A DNA stretch of 64,000 bases, taken from assembly GCA_045837725.1 (NCBI GenBank), contig JBEWZL010000044.1, forward strand, positions 248,001 to 312,000, written 5' to 3'. This DNA comes from Vermamoeba vermiformis. Its lineage: Eukaryota. The notes below the pieces were generated by a model, which saw only the letters and a program-made list of their open reading frames with translations, had not been told where the DNA came from and did not search any database. A program made the position numbers and the translations under genes. Shown here one piece after another: positions 25,308 through 37,105 of this stretch; the first letter of the stretch is position 1; every line of letters begins with the position of its first letter.

Positions 25308-25761
25308 AGTATGATAACGAATTGTTCGTTATCGGCAATTTTGTTGTTTTTGTTTAGATGTAAATGATATAATAAACTAGACTAGGAATTTTTATCGCCG
25401 GTTTGTTGCCATCCGAGCTATTTCCAGCTGACAATCACGAAGTTGCAACCTCTTCGAGAGTTGACGTTTACTATATTCTAAACTTTGTGAATGCATCCCT
25501 TGTTTTTATTTTTGGACGGCGAATTAAACGGAAGTTCGTTGCAGCTTCGGAAGACAGTTTTTGGGTACTGCAATCTTCATGGCTTGATACGTGACTTTCT
25601 ATTGATTCTCTACGTTTGTTTCTTTCTTTACATTTATGATAAAAGTGGTTAGGGCAAATAAATGCTTGTTGCTTTGTCGATCCACCAGGGTCGTGTTTTT
25701 TGACAACCGGGCGCAAGTTTTTACACTATTTTGATATTCTTTAGTATAGATACACGTAAGG

Positions 25762-27001
25762 ATGTGGCGTAACTTACTGAAGTTTAAAGGCAAGCATGTC
25801 CATCCAAAAGATCGCTTGAACACATGGAAGATCGTGAAAGGAGATACAGTACGTTATTAACACGCAGCAAAATATTCAAGCTATTATTTACGCATGTAAT
25901 CATATGAATTGTGGCTAATGAGAGCCCTGCACGAAGTTTTTGAGCCAGATTCAAAATTCAATAATAATTTTTATTTTTGTATGATGTTCTGATGACTTAT
26001 AAAATATCACAATAGTCATATAATTTTATATTTAAATTATTAGGCATTTACATATTTTTAGAAAATATTATAACGGGGTTGTTAGGTCCAAGTGGTCAGC
26101 GGTCCTGAGCGAGGCAAACAAGGCAAAGTAATGAAGGTTATGCGTGATAAAAATAGAGTTGTATTAGAAGGCATTAATTTGGTGAGTATTTACTCATTTT
26201 CAAAGAGATAGTAATTTTTAGAGCGGATTACCAGCAGATCGCTAATAATAATAATTATTTATTGGAGCAATATTAATTGACATTAAATAGACAAAAAGAC
26301 ACGTTAAAAAAGGAATGCAACAAGAGGGAGAAAAAAGTAATTATTACAAAGCTGCATCTCCGATCCACGTTTCAAATGTCATGTTAATCGATCCTGTTAC
26401 CAAGTAAGCACCGATTAATCATATAACCGAAGTATATGCATATTATTGTCGTGCAATACTCCAATTGTTAGAGTTGGAAGGTTTTCTTACGCGATCAGAT
26501 CTTGCTTGAAACGTTTTCGTTACTGTGACTAATTAATTTTCCAAATTAGGAAACCCACACGTGTTGGCTTCAAATTCTTAGAGAACGGTGAGAAAGTGCG
26601 TGTATCAAAGAAATCACAGGCTATTATTCCTAAGCCTAAATTGGAACGCGATTACACTTTCAGAGACACAGGTACGCGATTGAACATCATATTATACACG
26701 ATAGTGTTGCGATACTTATTGAGCTTATCATTATACAGTGGGTCCTAAGGACACTCCTGCGGATGTGGTGTTGAAGAAGACATTCGACGAGAGCACGTTG
26801 AATCCCTTGAAGATTACTTCTATCTATCACAAAGAGACTAGTCTCGTGGACGGCGCATCAGTGACTGATCGTGGTTTGTTCGATTCAGTGCCCGCAGCTC
26901 GTGACTACTACCGATCTTACGACAAGAAAACTTTGGCTGCTGAAAAGGAGTTGGTCAAGCAAATTAAGGAAGGAATGGGATCGTTGAAGATTAACGAATA
27001 G
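25762..27001 (+). CDS. MRPL24: mitochondrial ribosomal protein uL24m
   Basis: WKIVKGDTVQVVSGPERGKQGKV (KOW motif), PIHVSNVMLIDP, KVRVSKKSQAIIPKP, GPKDT. Confidence 0.9.
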
Positions 27002-27335
27002 AAGGGTAGCCAGTCTTAAATAATAAGAAGGTCAATGAAAAATTTTGTACAAACTAGCTGGATGTCGATCCGTAAATAAATTTATCCATTTAACGCGAAA
27101 ATCAGCATCGCCTCGTGCGTTAAATACTATCTATCTAGCATATTGCAAAGAATACAATAATCACTCGTAACCTCACTCCTCTTTAATTGCTACGAAAGTT
27201 CTCGTTCAAACTCTCGGTGAGTTCGCAGGTCGTGAGTTCATAGCACAAAGGTGTCACCTATAAATATCAACGAGTAAATGATCATCTCATTAATTAGTAC
27301 GAGATAAGGATAGCTAACAGCGCAGCATAATAATC

Positions 27336-27811
27336 ATGGCTTTGAGCTACGATCAGTTATTGAAAGTCAAGACAGAAGACTTTGTCGTGCGATTGTTCAA
27401 AACAGAGCGAATATTAACCTTCAAAAATGTTATGCGAGGAGCAACAGTAGCAAGCGGTTTACTTGTCTACAACTATTACCGCATCTACAGCAAGTAAGTT
27501 TAAAAGTTATTTCAATCTTTAAGGCTGAATATTTTATATTTAATTAATTGTTTAATTTCTTTAGTATATCAGAGGAAAAGAAGCAAGCAGAATCTCAAGG
27601 AAAGAAATACAAAATCAACCCGAAATACATAATTGGTCAGTTTTCGGCTGATCTGGCGTTAGGCACGCTAGGATTGGGTTTGTTTTACCTAAATAAGACG
27701 CACAGAATTATTACGCCCGTTCAGGTACGTTATGCACACCACACTCGTCGGAGTAAGCTAAGATCAGTTGTTTAGACACTGCTGGCTGAGCGACAACCTA
27801 AAAGAACATAA
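27336..27811 (+). CDS. small hypothetical membrane protein (3 exons)
   Basis: Continuous spliced frame MALSYDQLL...QPKRT with two hydrophobic segments. Confidence 0.6.
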
Positions 27812-27973
27812 TAATACGTAGCCTGTTATGCATAATATACACGTATTGTTAACGTTAATAAAACCGATCAAAAACAACGGTCAGGTCTCGAGGCAATTTT
27901 TTTGTCCGAGCATTAGCGACTACACCACGCATTGTAATACTATTATTTTATCAAAAGGCCATCATATACATCG

Positions 27974-28189
27974 ATGAGTGTTCCTAGAACGCAATTGACT
28001 GGCTACGCTCTGTATAAACAGATGTGCGTCGAGTGCGCCGATCGAGAAAGCAAAACATGGACGGGAGTGGGCAAGAAAGCACTTTGTAAAAAATGTAAGG
28101 CTAATTATGAAGGTGTTGGCGGTGATTGCCCACAGTGTGCGACCAAGAAGAAAGTCTGCCGATCTTGTAAGAGGCCGTTAGCCGCCTAA
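27974..28189 (+). CDS. small Cys-rich CRIPT-like protein
   Basis: MCVEC...CKKC...CPQCATKKKVCRSC matches the CRIPT cysteine spacing. Confidence 0.65.
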   Translation: MSVPRTQLTGYALYKQMCVECADRESKTWTGVGKKALCKKCKANYEGVGGDCPQCATKKKVCRSCKRPLAA

Positions 28190-28336
28190 TTAGCTTTAAA
28201 AGTCTTGTAAATTATGCAATAATGTTTTTCATATTAATTTATTGTATTCTCGATATTTTCTGTCTTTGTGAGTCACAGTTGACTCGATCGAGCTGAAAAA
28301 CGGTTCACTTTTCATCGTTCAATCAATCAGTCGACC

Positions 28337-31246
28337 ATGGATGACTACCCATTAACCGATCTATCAAATGATATCCTTCGGTATATATTGGAGCTGCTAG
28401 CAGAGGACTCGGTTCCCGGTCTCATCCAAATTTCTCAGCTCAGAACGGTATCAAAAAAAATTAATACAATTATTAATGATGAGTACATCCATACATATTT
28501 TATGAAAACGCTTTTACGGGGTAAGTAGTTCATTCTAAAATATTTCAATTAAATTATTGATTTTCGTTTTGCCATCACCATTTAGGGTTTTCAAAGACAT
28601 ATTTTCCGAGAAAGCTTGACAATATATACAATCATAGAGACGCAAAGGCGTTTCGAAGCAGTAAGTAAATTAACTTCAGAATCTGATCCATAATTACATG
28701 TCTGTTCCTTAGTCTTCAACTCTATGTGGCCGAAAAGCGATCACTTTGCCTCGAGGATGTACAAGCATTATTTTTGGCTTACTTTAAAGGAAGCGGATGC
28801 GACTTTTATGAAAGAATATTTGTCCATTGCCCCGAGTACCGAAGATATCCTGTCACACGATAAAATTTTACAGGTCATCGAAGTGGCAAATGAACGAGAC
28901 GACAAATGTGCGATGACGCTGTGCTTATTACCATATTTAGTATCGTTCTTTCCGAGTGTGGATCCCAACCACATTGACGTAAGTTTTTATTTGTTTCATA
29001 AGGGACTATACTAATGAATTATTAGATGATCAAACTATCGCTCATTTACGGGGTAAAATTGACTATTGAGCCCGAATTCAAAAACGAATTAGCGGAACTG
29101 CTCCGAGCTCAAACATTAGCGTTCAAACCAGAATCAGCACAAAGGCTTGACTCCGGATTATTATTGCGATTCTTAGGTATTTAGCAATAGCGTAATACTA
29201 ATAATAAGATGCTAATTAATAAAAATAGAACCGAAGAAAAAAAAAATTGTTGTACCGCAAGGTAAGAAATTTAATTCTTATTCTTCGCTAATAATATTTA
29301 GGGCGAATATTGGGACCAACTAACGCGACGGATTTATTCGTGAATCATCAAACAGATTACAAAAAAGGCAAACCAACATTTAGGACAACGAACTTTGCCT
29401 TACCGAACGACAAGAGTTACACTATCAAATACATCACCGCATCAAATAACGAAAAAACAATCACTTTTTCCAAGAATAACGAGCTGTATCAGTACGAGGA
29501 CCTGAAAACATCCAATTTGTACGAGTTGTTCGTTCGAACCAGCATTTTTTCACAGATCTTGGAGTCATTCCCACACCAACACGTGGCACTCACGGAAGAG
29601 GCCATGAAGCTACCATTCGAAGAGCAGCCGTGGTTCTTTGGTGCGTTGAGCGATGAAGAGGTCGAACAAATCATTTCAGGTCAGTTCGACAAAAACACGA
29701 CTTGACACTTTGACACGTTGAAATATGACACGTGTCAAAAGATATGTCACTCGCGATTGCTCATATTACAAAATCAGGCGCGGCTGGTCAAACAACAATG
29801 CTCATGCGATCAGTGGGCTCAAATGTTTACATGCACTTTAGCAAGCCTGCTCGTGGGCACAGTAGTTCAAACATTAAGCCACGTCGATTCGACTACGATC
29901 AGAACTTCTGGCAAGAATTCAACTCGGATTCATTCACAAAATTGAATTTGAAGTTCCACACGGGATTTTTTAACGGCGGCTACGTGAAAGATTTGCCGAT
30001 ATTTCAATTTTTCAAAGCGATTGACCGAGGAGACGAAATCAAGACTGTTTGTATGGCAAATAGTAAGTATAAATATATGATTTGCTTAGCTATTAACGTG
30101 CTTATATTATATCATTTCTTCAGGAATTGACCCAGCGCATCCAACTTTTCGACATCAAAACGTTCTACTGGGCTATTTGATCAAGAACCAGGTCGCAAAT
30201 GAAGAAATAATTCACTGGATGATTGACCAGCAGTTTCCTCTTAATATTGAGTACGTCCTAGTTTTTGAATCCGGATCGACTTACTGGATCTAACTTTCCG
30301 TAGTTTAAGCATGTTGAAGAGGCTGCTGAAAAATGTCGGTGTGACAGTCAAAACAATAGAGCGGTGCTGGCCCTTGATAACTGAGTCAATTGACGTGAGT
30401 GCATTGGTCAGTTCGTACTTGAAGGACGTGCAATCAGCGGCGACATCCAGCGTGTCTTTCCCGCACTACTACAAGGCCAGTTACACGCGACGAATGTTAG
30501 TGCATCTCGCGTGGAGATATGGCAATGACGACAATTACTTCAAGATGTTGCCAGGTGAAATTATCGAGATGATTTGTCAGTTCAATCTCGATCCGGCACG
30601 GTGGGAAGAAATTGCGGAGTTTTTAATGCAAAAAACGGTCAATATGATTGAATTCAGCACTGTTAGTTTGCCGATGGACCTGCAAATCAAATTTGGAAGA
30701 TTTTTTTGCGATAATTTCACGAGATTTAAAGAAGAATCTCATGCCAAATATCTGCGGAATATGTTCGCGCATCTACCAACAACGAGCTCGTACGTGCTAT
30801 TTGATGCATTTGAACTCTTGAAATATTACATCCCGAAGATGAAATCGTATTTTTTACGAAGAGACGGTCGCAATGGATTGACAGATCTGTTGCACTTGTG
30901 TTTGAAAACACCGTCACGTGTCACTAAAACCGACAAAAAACTCAATTTAATGAAGAAAACACAAGCACTTGACTTGCTGAAAGTGCTGCTGGACTTTGAA
31001 CCTTTGCGAAAATTTCATCAGAGTGAATGCAGTTGCTCGGACTACAAACGAACCGATCGATTGCCGTGCTTTTGGCGCACAATTAGCCACAAGAACATCG
31101 ATGCTATTGAGTACCTCGTCAGAAACAATTGGATGCCGCTAACGGCCTCGTCAACGGCTTTGTCGGCCACAGAATATGCTTGTATCTGCGGCCACGAAGA
31201 TCTCGTAAAGCCTTTAATGGAAGGCCCTGCAAAGACAATTATATGA
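28337..31246 (+). CDS. F-box protein with SH2-like segment and C-terminal ankyrin-like repeat (paralogue A)
   Basis: N-terminal LTDLSNDILRYILELL...LRTVSK; QPWFFGALSDEEVEQII; FKMLPGEIIEMICQF; SATEYACICGHEDLVKPL. Confidence 0.7.
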
Positions 31247-31441
31247 CGCAAGAAAAGTGCATGTCATTTAACCGTAAAGACGCATCCAAAACAAAGCACG
31301 GGGAATCAGTCGCGCCTTTTGAAGACGAATAAACGTCCTATTAATTACAGTAGTGCTTGTTAATGGTGCCCTAGCTTCACGGTTGGCAGACTTTCAACTG
31401 AAAAAAGTTAAGGTATTTTTTGTCATTCAACGATTAGATCA

Positions 31442-33790
31442 ATGATCAAGAAACTAAAAGGTCGAGCATGTCAGGTAGGAAAATGTTAACAGATTCGATC
31501 TTAAATGAAAAGTAAGGCACTAAATATGTTATAGAAAAGCGAAAGCCTGAAGAGGACTCGGAAAGCAGTAGTACGGATTTAGAGACTGTTGCAGTAAAAT
31601 TTAACTAATTTCAATTACATTAGAAAAAGCAAAAGTGCGAGAAGAACGGGGGCACCAAGGTATATAAATGTAAAGTTAAGATATTCTGATTTTTTTTTTG
31701 CGCATCTGTGGTCCCGATCTAAATCGTTAATTATAGAGATCTCGCCGATGATTACCAATCCCACCAATGATGACAACGAAAATAATACTAATGAATTGCC
31801 CAAACCGAAAATCATTATTCCTCCAGGTAAAAGCACTCTGAAAAATAAATGGGTGAAATTCATTTCTTTACTTAGGGCGACTGTTATTTATAAGCATCAG
31901 AACAGAAAAAGACGTTAAAAAAGGCGTATCGAAGTATATCACGACAAATTTTTGGCACAACAGTGGCTGCATCCGGTACATCACCTCAGACTACAGCAAA
32001 AAGCGAGATGCAGTCAATATCGAGAAAAGAATCTTTATTACAGTGCTAAAAAGTACATACGAGTACGAGGGACTGAAAACATCCAACTTGTACGAGTTGT
32101 TCGTGAGAACCAGCATTTTTTCACAGATCTTGGAATCGTTCCCACACCAACACGTGGCACTCACTGAAGAAGCCATGAAGCTACCATTCGAAGAGCAGCC
32201 GTGGTTCTTTGGTGCGTTGAGTGATGAAGAGGTCGAACAAATCATTTCAGGTCAGTTCAACAAAACGCAACTTGACACTTTGACACTTTGAAATATGACA
32301 CGTGTCAAAAGATATGTCACTCACGATTGCTCATATTGCTAAATCAGGCGCGGCTGGTCAAACGACAATGCTTTTGCGATCAGTGGGTCCGACTGTGTGG
32401 ATGCATTTTAGCTACTCGGACCGGCACAAACGAAAAAGAATTCCACCGTACAAACTCGCGCACAATGAGATCCTTTATTATCAACTGAAGAATATACCTT
32501 CTCCATTTTACACGGGATTTTACAACAACGGTGTTGTAAAAGAACTGCCAATCTTTCAATTCTTCAGAGCAGTCGAGAGAGGCAATTTGGAGGAAATTAA
32601 ACGGGAATTCCTCGAAAAAAGTACGTAATATTTCGTTTGCGAGCTACATTTTTACGAAAAAAAAAAAATTAGGCATAGACGCCCAGCATCCGGCTTTTAG
32701 AAGAAACTGTGTATTGCGGGCTTATTTGCACAAAAATGAGGTGGCGAAGGACAATGGCATCAATTGGATCCTCGATACCCAATTTCCCGTTAAAATCAAG
32801 TACGTTCCGATCATTTTAAGTGGCAAACATTTTAAAATTTAAATTTTTTATGGCAGTTTGACTCTTATGACCAAGTTGGTGACCAATTATGGCACGACCG
32901 TTAGAGCAATAGAACGGTGCTGGAACATGCGAACGGAAGAAATCGATGTTGGCGAGCTAATTAATGCAATATTGCCGCAATATGGCTGGTCATTCGGATG
33001 TACAGGGAATAGCTTCAAAATTAGTCACACAAAAAAAGTGCTAGTACATCTTGCGTGGAGATATGGCAATGACGACAATTACTTCAAGGCACTGCCGGCA
33101 GAAATTATTGAATCGATTTGTCGGCATGAAATTGACCAATCACATTGGCAAGAAATTGTGGAGTTTTTACTGGAAAAAGCAACGAGCCCCATCGAACTCA
33201 ACCTCAAAAAAAGACCAATCCAGCGGGCAGCAGAAATCGGAAAAATATTATGCGACAACTTTATGAAATTTACGGTGCAATCACACATCAATTACTTGAA
33301 ACGAGAAATCAACGAACCTTATCAATATCATTCCGACCAAGCCTGGATCAACATGTTGGTGCTGTTCACAGAATACATACCGAAGACCATATCTCACTTA
33401 GCAGACAATAATACGACTGTGTTGAACGAAGATCTTGGAACACTCTTGCACTTTTGTTTGAAGGGCACCGACAAATACAAGCCAATCGCAATGGCGCCAC
33501 ACACATTCAAATTGTTGAAATTGCTGCTCAGCTACGAGCCACTGCGCAATTATCATGCGACAAAGTGCTCCGTAAACTGCTGTGTGACTTCAAAAGATGA
33601 ATTCATCAGACTCCATGTGCCGTGCTTTTGGCAGGCAATTCAACACGCGAACATCGATGCCGTTAGTTATTTGGTCAGAAACAAGTGGATGCCGTTAGCA
33701 CCTGGATCTGAGTGTCCACATTCTGCAGCAGAATTCGCAATCGTTTGTAAGCACCCGAATCTTGTAGAATTATTGATGCCCGATAAATGA
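31442..33790 (+). CDS. tandem paralogue B of the preceding gene, lacking the N-terminal F-box
   Basis: Shares LYELFVRTSIFSQ..PWFFG, LAWRYGNDDNYFK, PCFW, NIDA..YLVRN.WMPL and intron positions; 5' exons uncertain. Confidence 0.7.
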
Positions 33791-33928
33791 GCTATTTATT
33801 CATTGACTGTATTTACGATGATTTTTCTTTTTTTTTCAAGTAAATAATAGCTTTCAAAAGAGTTTTAATTTGACGAACGAATTTTATTTACTGATTCACT
33901 TGCGATAGCAAACTCGTCGTACAAAGGC

Positions 33929-34718
33929 TCAAGACTGGATTAAGTTCTTCATACTCTGTACACCCTCTTCAATCTTCAACTTGGCCCAAGAAGGACGGCT
34001 CGTTACGCGATTGAGGTACGATTGGAGCTTAGAATGACCGTCGAGCCAGCCCAAGAAGGTGTGCTAAGTATTGTAAGTTAGATCCGATCCGTTACAATAA
34101 ACTACTTTCAGTTACTTACTGCAAAATAGAATGTGAGCACCACATTAATGTCTGCCGCTGTGAATGTGTTGCTCACGAGGTACTCGTTTGAAGTGAGTCT
34201 TCTTTCAAAGAACGGTAGAGCATCGTCAAACTCCTTTTTCCAGAAGGTCATATTAGCGACTAAATCTGATATTAGTAATGCGAGCAACTATATCTAATGT
34301 GTCAAAATATCTTACCATTGATCTTGTCTTTTGGAACAGTCATAAGTTCGAGCACTGCCGAGAACACTTGCTCGTCCACGTGGCCGACAACGAACGAGTT
34401 CACAGCGTCGTAAATGGCAACTTCTTTCACGTCTTTAGGCAACAATGAACTGTTAGGTGCCAAAGTACGCAAGAGATACGTGTTGATAGCGCTTCCCTCC
34501 ACGAGTGTTAAGTCACGGTCGACCATCACGGGAAATTTCGAGTTCGTGGAGTACTTGGCACGGAATTCATCGTTACGGTATTCTTCTGGCTTTAATAAGC
34601 TGTATGGCTTAATTTGAACATTCTTTGTTATGTCAGAGCCAAGTTCTTCGAGAAGCCATAGCACTCTGGTGGAGCGGGTGACTGGACCGACATGCAAGAT
34701 CTGAATCTGGTTGGACAT
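33929..34718 (-). CDS. glutathione S-transferase
   Basis: RSTRVLWLLEELG, KFPVMVD, EGSAINTYL, YLVSNTFTAADI, YLNRVTSRPSW. Confidence 0.92.
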
Positions 34719-35072
34719 TTTGAAGTACGTTGCTGTTGATTAGCGTTTGTTGTTTAACTGTGAGTTGTTGAATAATAAACAGCTGTCGCAAAAAATCTAT
34801 TTAACTTCTCGCAACCTTCCGGCTTCCTTCGGCGGAATGTCCAAATTAGGAAAAGTACTTTCGATAGCGGCGCTATCGAAGATCCAACGAAGCTAGCTAA
34901 AGAAGAATCTAGAACTTACCAAAAGTCATCAATAGACTGCAAGTCCTTCCAGGAGAACTTGGGAACCGAGATCCACTGTTCGAATCCAAATCCACAAAAA
35001 TGTGATTGGTGAAACCAAAATAACCAACGAAATACTTCATATAAAGCTGTTTATCGCCACAATATCGATGCT

Positions 35073-36718
35073 CTAGAAGATCACCACGATAACCGTCGCA
35101 AGACTTACAACAAGGATGTTCGTAGCGAAATCCGTTGCTCCGCTGACCGATCCGTTACCACGTGACTGTGGAGCTGATTCAGGGCCATTAGGATCAATAG
35201 GTGTATCAACAGGGACAGAAAACAATTCCCAGAACTTCTGCGAGGCATGCGGGAACTGCGAGACAGGTCGTAATCGATGATCCCCGTCGAAGGCAAAGAC
35301 GTCAAAGTACGACTGAATTTGGACGTCGTTGGTGTCGTCGATGAGGTAGTTGTACATTTGTTCAATGTAGTAGTCATTGTCGAATCCACCGTGAGTTTGG
35401 GCCCACACACCCCACTCGTTCATGATCACGGGCTTGCTGTGGTTCTTGGCGAAGTCAGTCCAGTACTTGATGCCGTGGTGTCCGTTGTAAATGACGTCCC
35501 AGGCCTTGACACGGAGTGCTTGGAGTTCAGTAGCATTTGCTAGTAGCTGCCAAGTGTCACCGTTTGAGCCAGGCTCGACATTAGTGTGATTGATCAGAGC
35601 CTTCCACACTGATCGGTTATGCTCGAGACCGTCGCCCACAGTGTATTGTTTGGTGTTGGACCAAGAGCCGTAAGCTGCTGTGACGCCCTGATCAGTTCAC
35701 TTGTACGTGCCCCACTCAACATCGTACGCGTCAATGCCAACGTAATCAACATAGTTGTCGCCAGGATAGCATAGAGTTGCGTTATCGACATCAGCATAGC
35801 CATTGTTAACGCTCCAAATCACTTTAAAGTTATTTCCTAGAAAGAATTAGTGTGACGAGATATAGCACTGATTGATGTCGTACCTTGAACTGCCCGCATT
35901 GTATCAACGATGTTCTTGAAATACTGGGACCAATAATCGCATCCTGCCTTTGCAGTCCATGCGTACCATCTTGAGAGATATCGTTAGTATGGTACTGTTG
36001 CCAGTGGCTCGCTTACCCTCCGTTGAACTCCCAACCAATGCGAAGATGAGCGGAAGACAGATTGTAGTGTACAAGATTCTCAGCTAAGGTCGTAAAGTAC
36101 TGGTTGTAAGTGCCAGCAGCTCCGGTTTGAATGGAGACTAAAAGGAAGTGTTAGGAATCTGGGAGATTGTTTGACACGTGTCAAAAGATATTTTGATTCG
36201 TTTTGCCTGCGTTCGCAAATGAAATGTGAAATCGTCGATGATTTACGGTTAAATACATAAAAATACAGAGCGATTAAATTATACTGCGAAATTTAATAAC
36301 GCCTATAGTGAAACAATTTTGTAATAAAATAATGCGCATCAATTACCTCCGTTTGTCTTTGGTAGCATAGGAATCGAAATAATAAACTCTCGTTTATATC
36401 CTTCAGGCACGCTATTCACCCACTCGCTCCACGGTACTAGCCACCACGTTTGGTATTGACCGCTAATGTGCTGCCAATCATCGTCCGCTTCGAACTCCAA
36501 ACCATAAACGACGGGATTGTTCAACCACTCGCTGTAATTGGCCATGTTACGAGGGCCATAGGGAGCGGCACCGGTATAAGCGCCCAATTCAGGATGCGAA
36601 ACCGCGATCTGATAAAAAATCCGTTAGAAAAGATATTGGTTTAATATGATGCACATATACTTGCACTAATAAGTAAACTGGCAACAAGCGCGCAAATAAT
36701 CAGCTTTGTGCTCGACAT
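35073..36718 (-). CDS. secreted, probably GPI-anchored glycoside hydrolase family 26 (beta-mannanase-like)
   Basis: Signal peptide; LRIGWEFNG (acid/base), YPGDNYVDYVGIDAYD, KPVIMNEWG (nucleophile); hydrophobic C-terminus. Confidence 0.88.
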
Positions 36719-37105
36719 GTCTACCGAATGAAAAATAATGCGGTCTTGTCAAAGATTTCGCCGGATATTTTGGCCTGGCACGCACCATAATTAACAAAGG
36801 CCGGGTTGGTATGAATACAGTAAAACACATGTTTATTTTTCTAGTCGTACAGTACTATTACATTGCGTTGCTACGATACAAGTTGATTTTCGTTTTGGAT
36901 TGGCAAAACGAAGTAATTCACAAAAATAGAATATTTTCTATATATTATATGGTGGTGCATGAACAAGTCAAAATTATGAGTATATTATAGAGGAAGGTGG
37001 GTTGGGAAGAGGGTTGGGGTGAAAATTCGTTGGTGGAAGATCTGATCGAGAAGGGAGGTTAGATCGACTGTCGTAGCACAGATAAGCGCGCATATAATAC
37101 GAACC

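Noticed and set aside
25849-26085. possible snoRNA in MRPL24 intron 1
   Set aside because: Only weak AT-rich stems, and the box motifs are not convincingly placed
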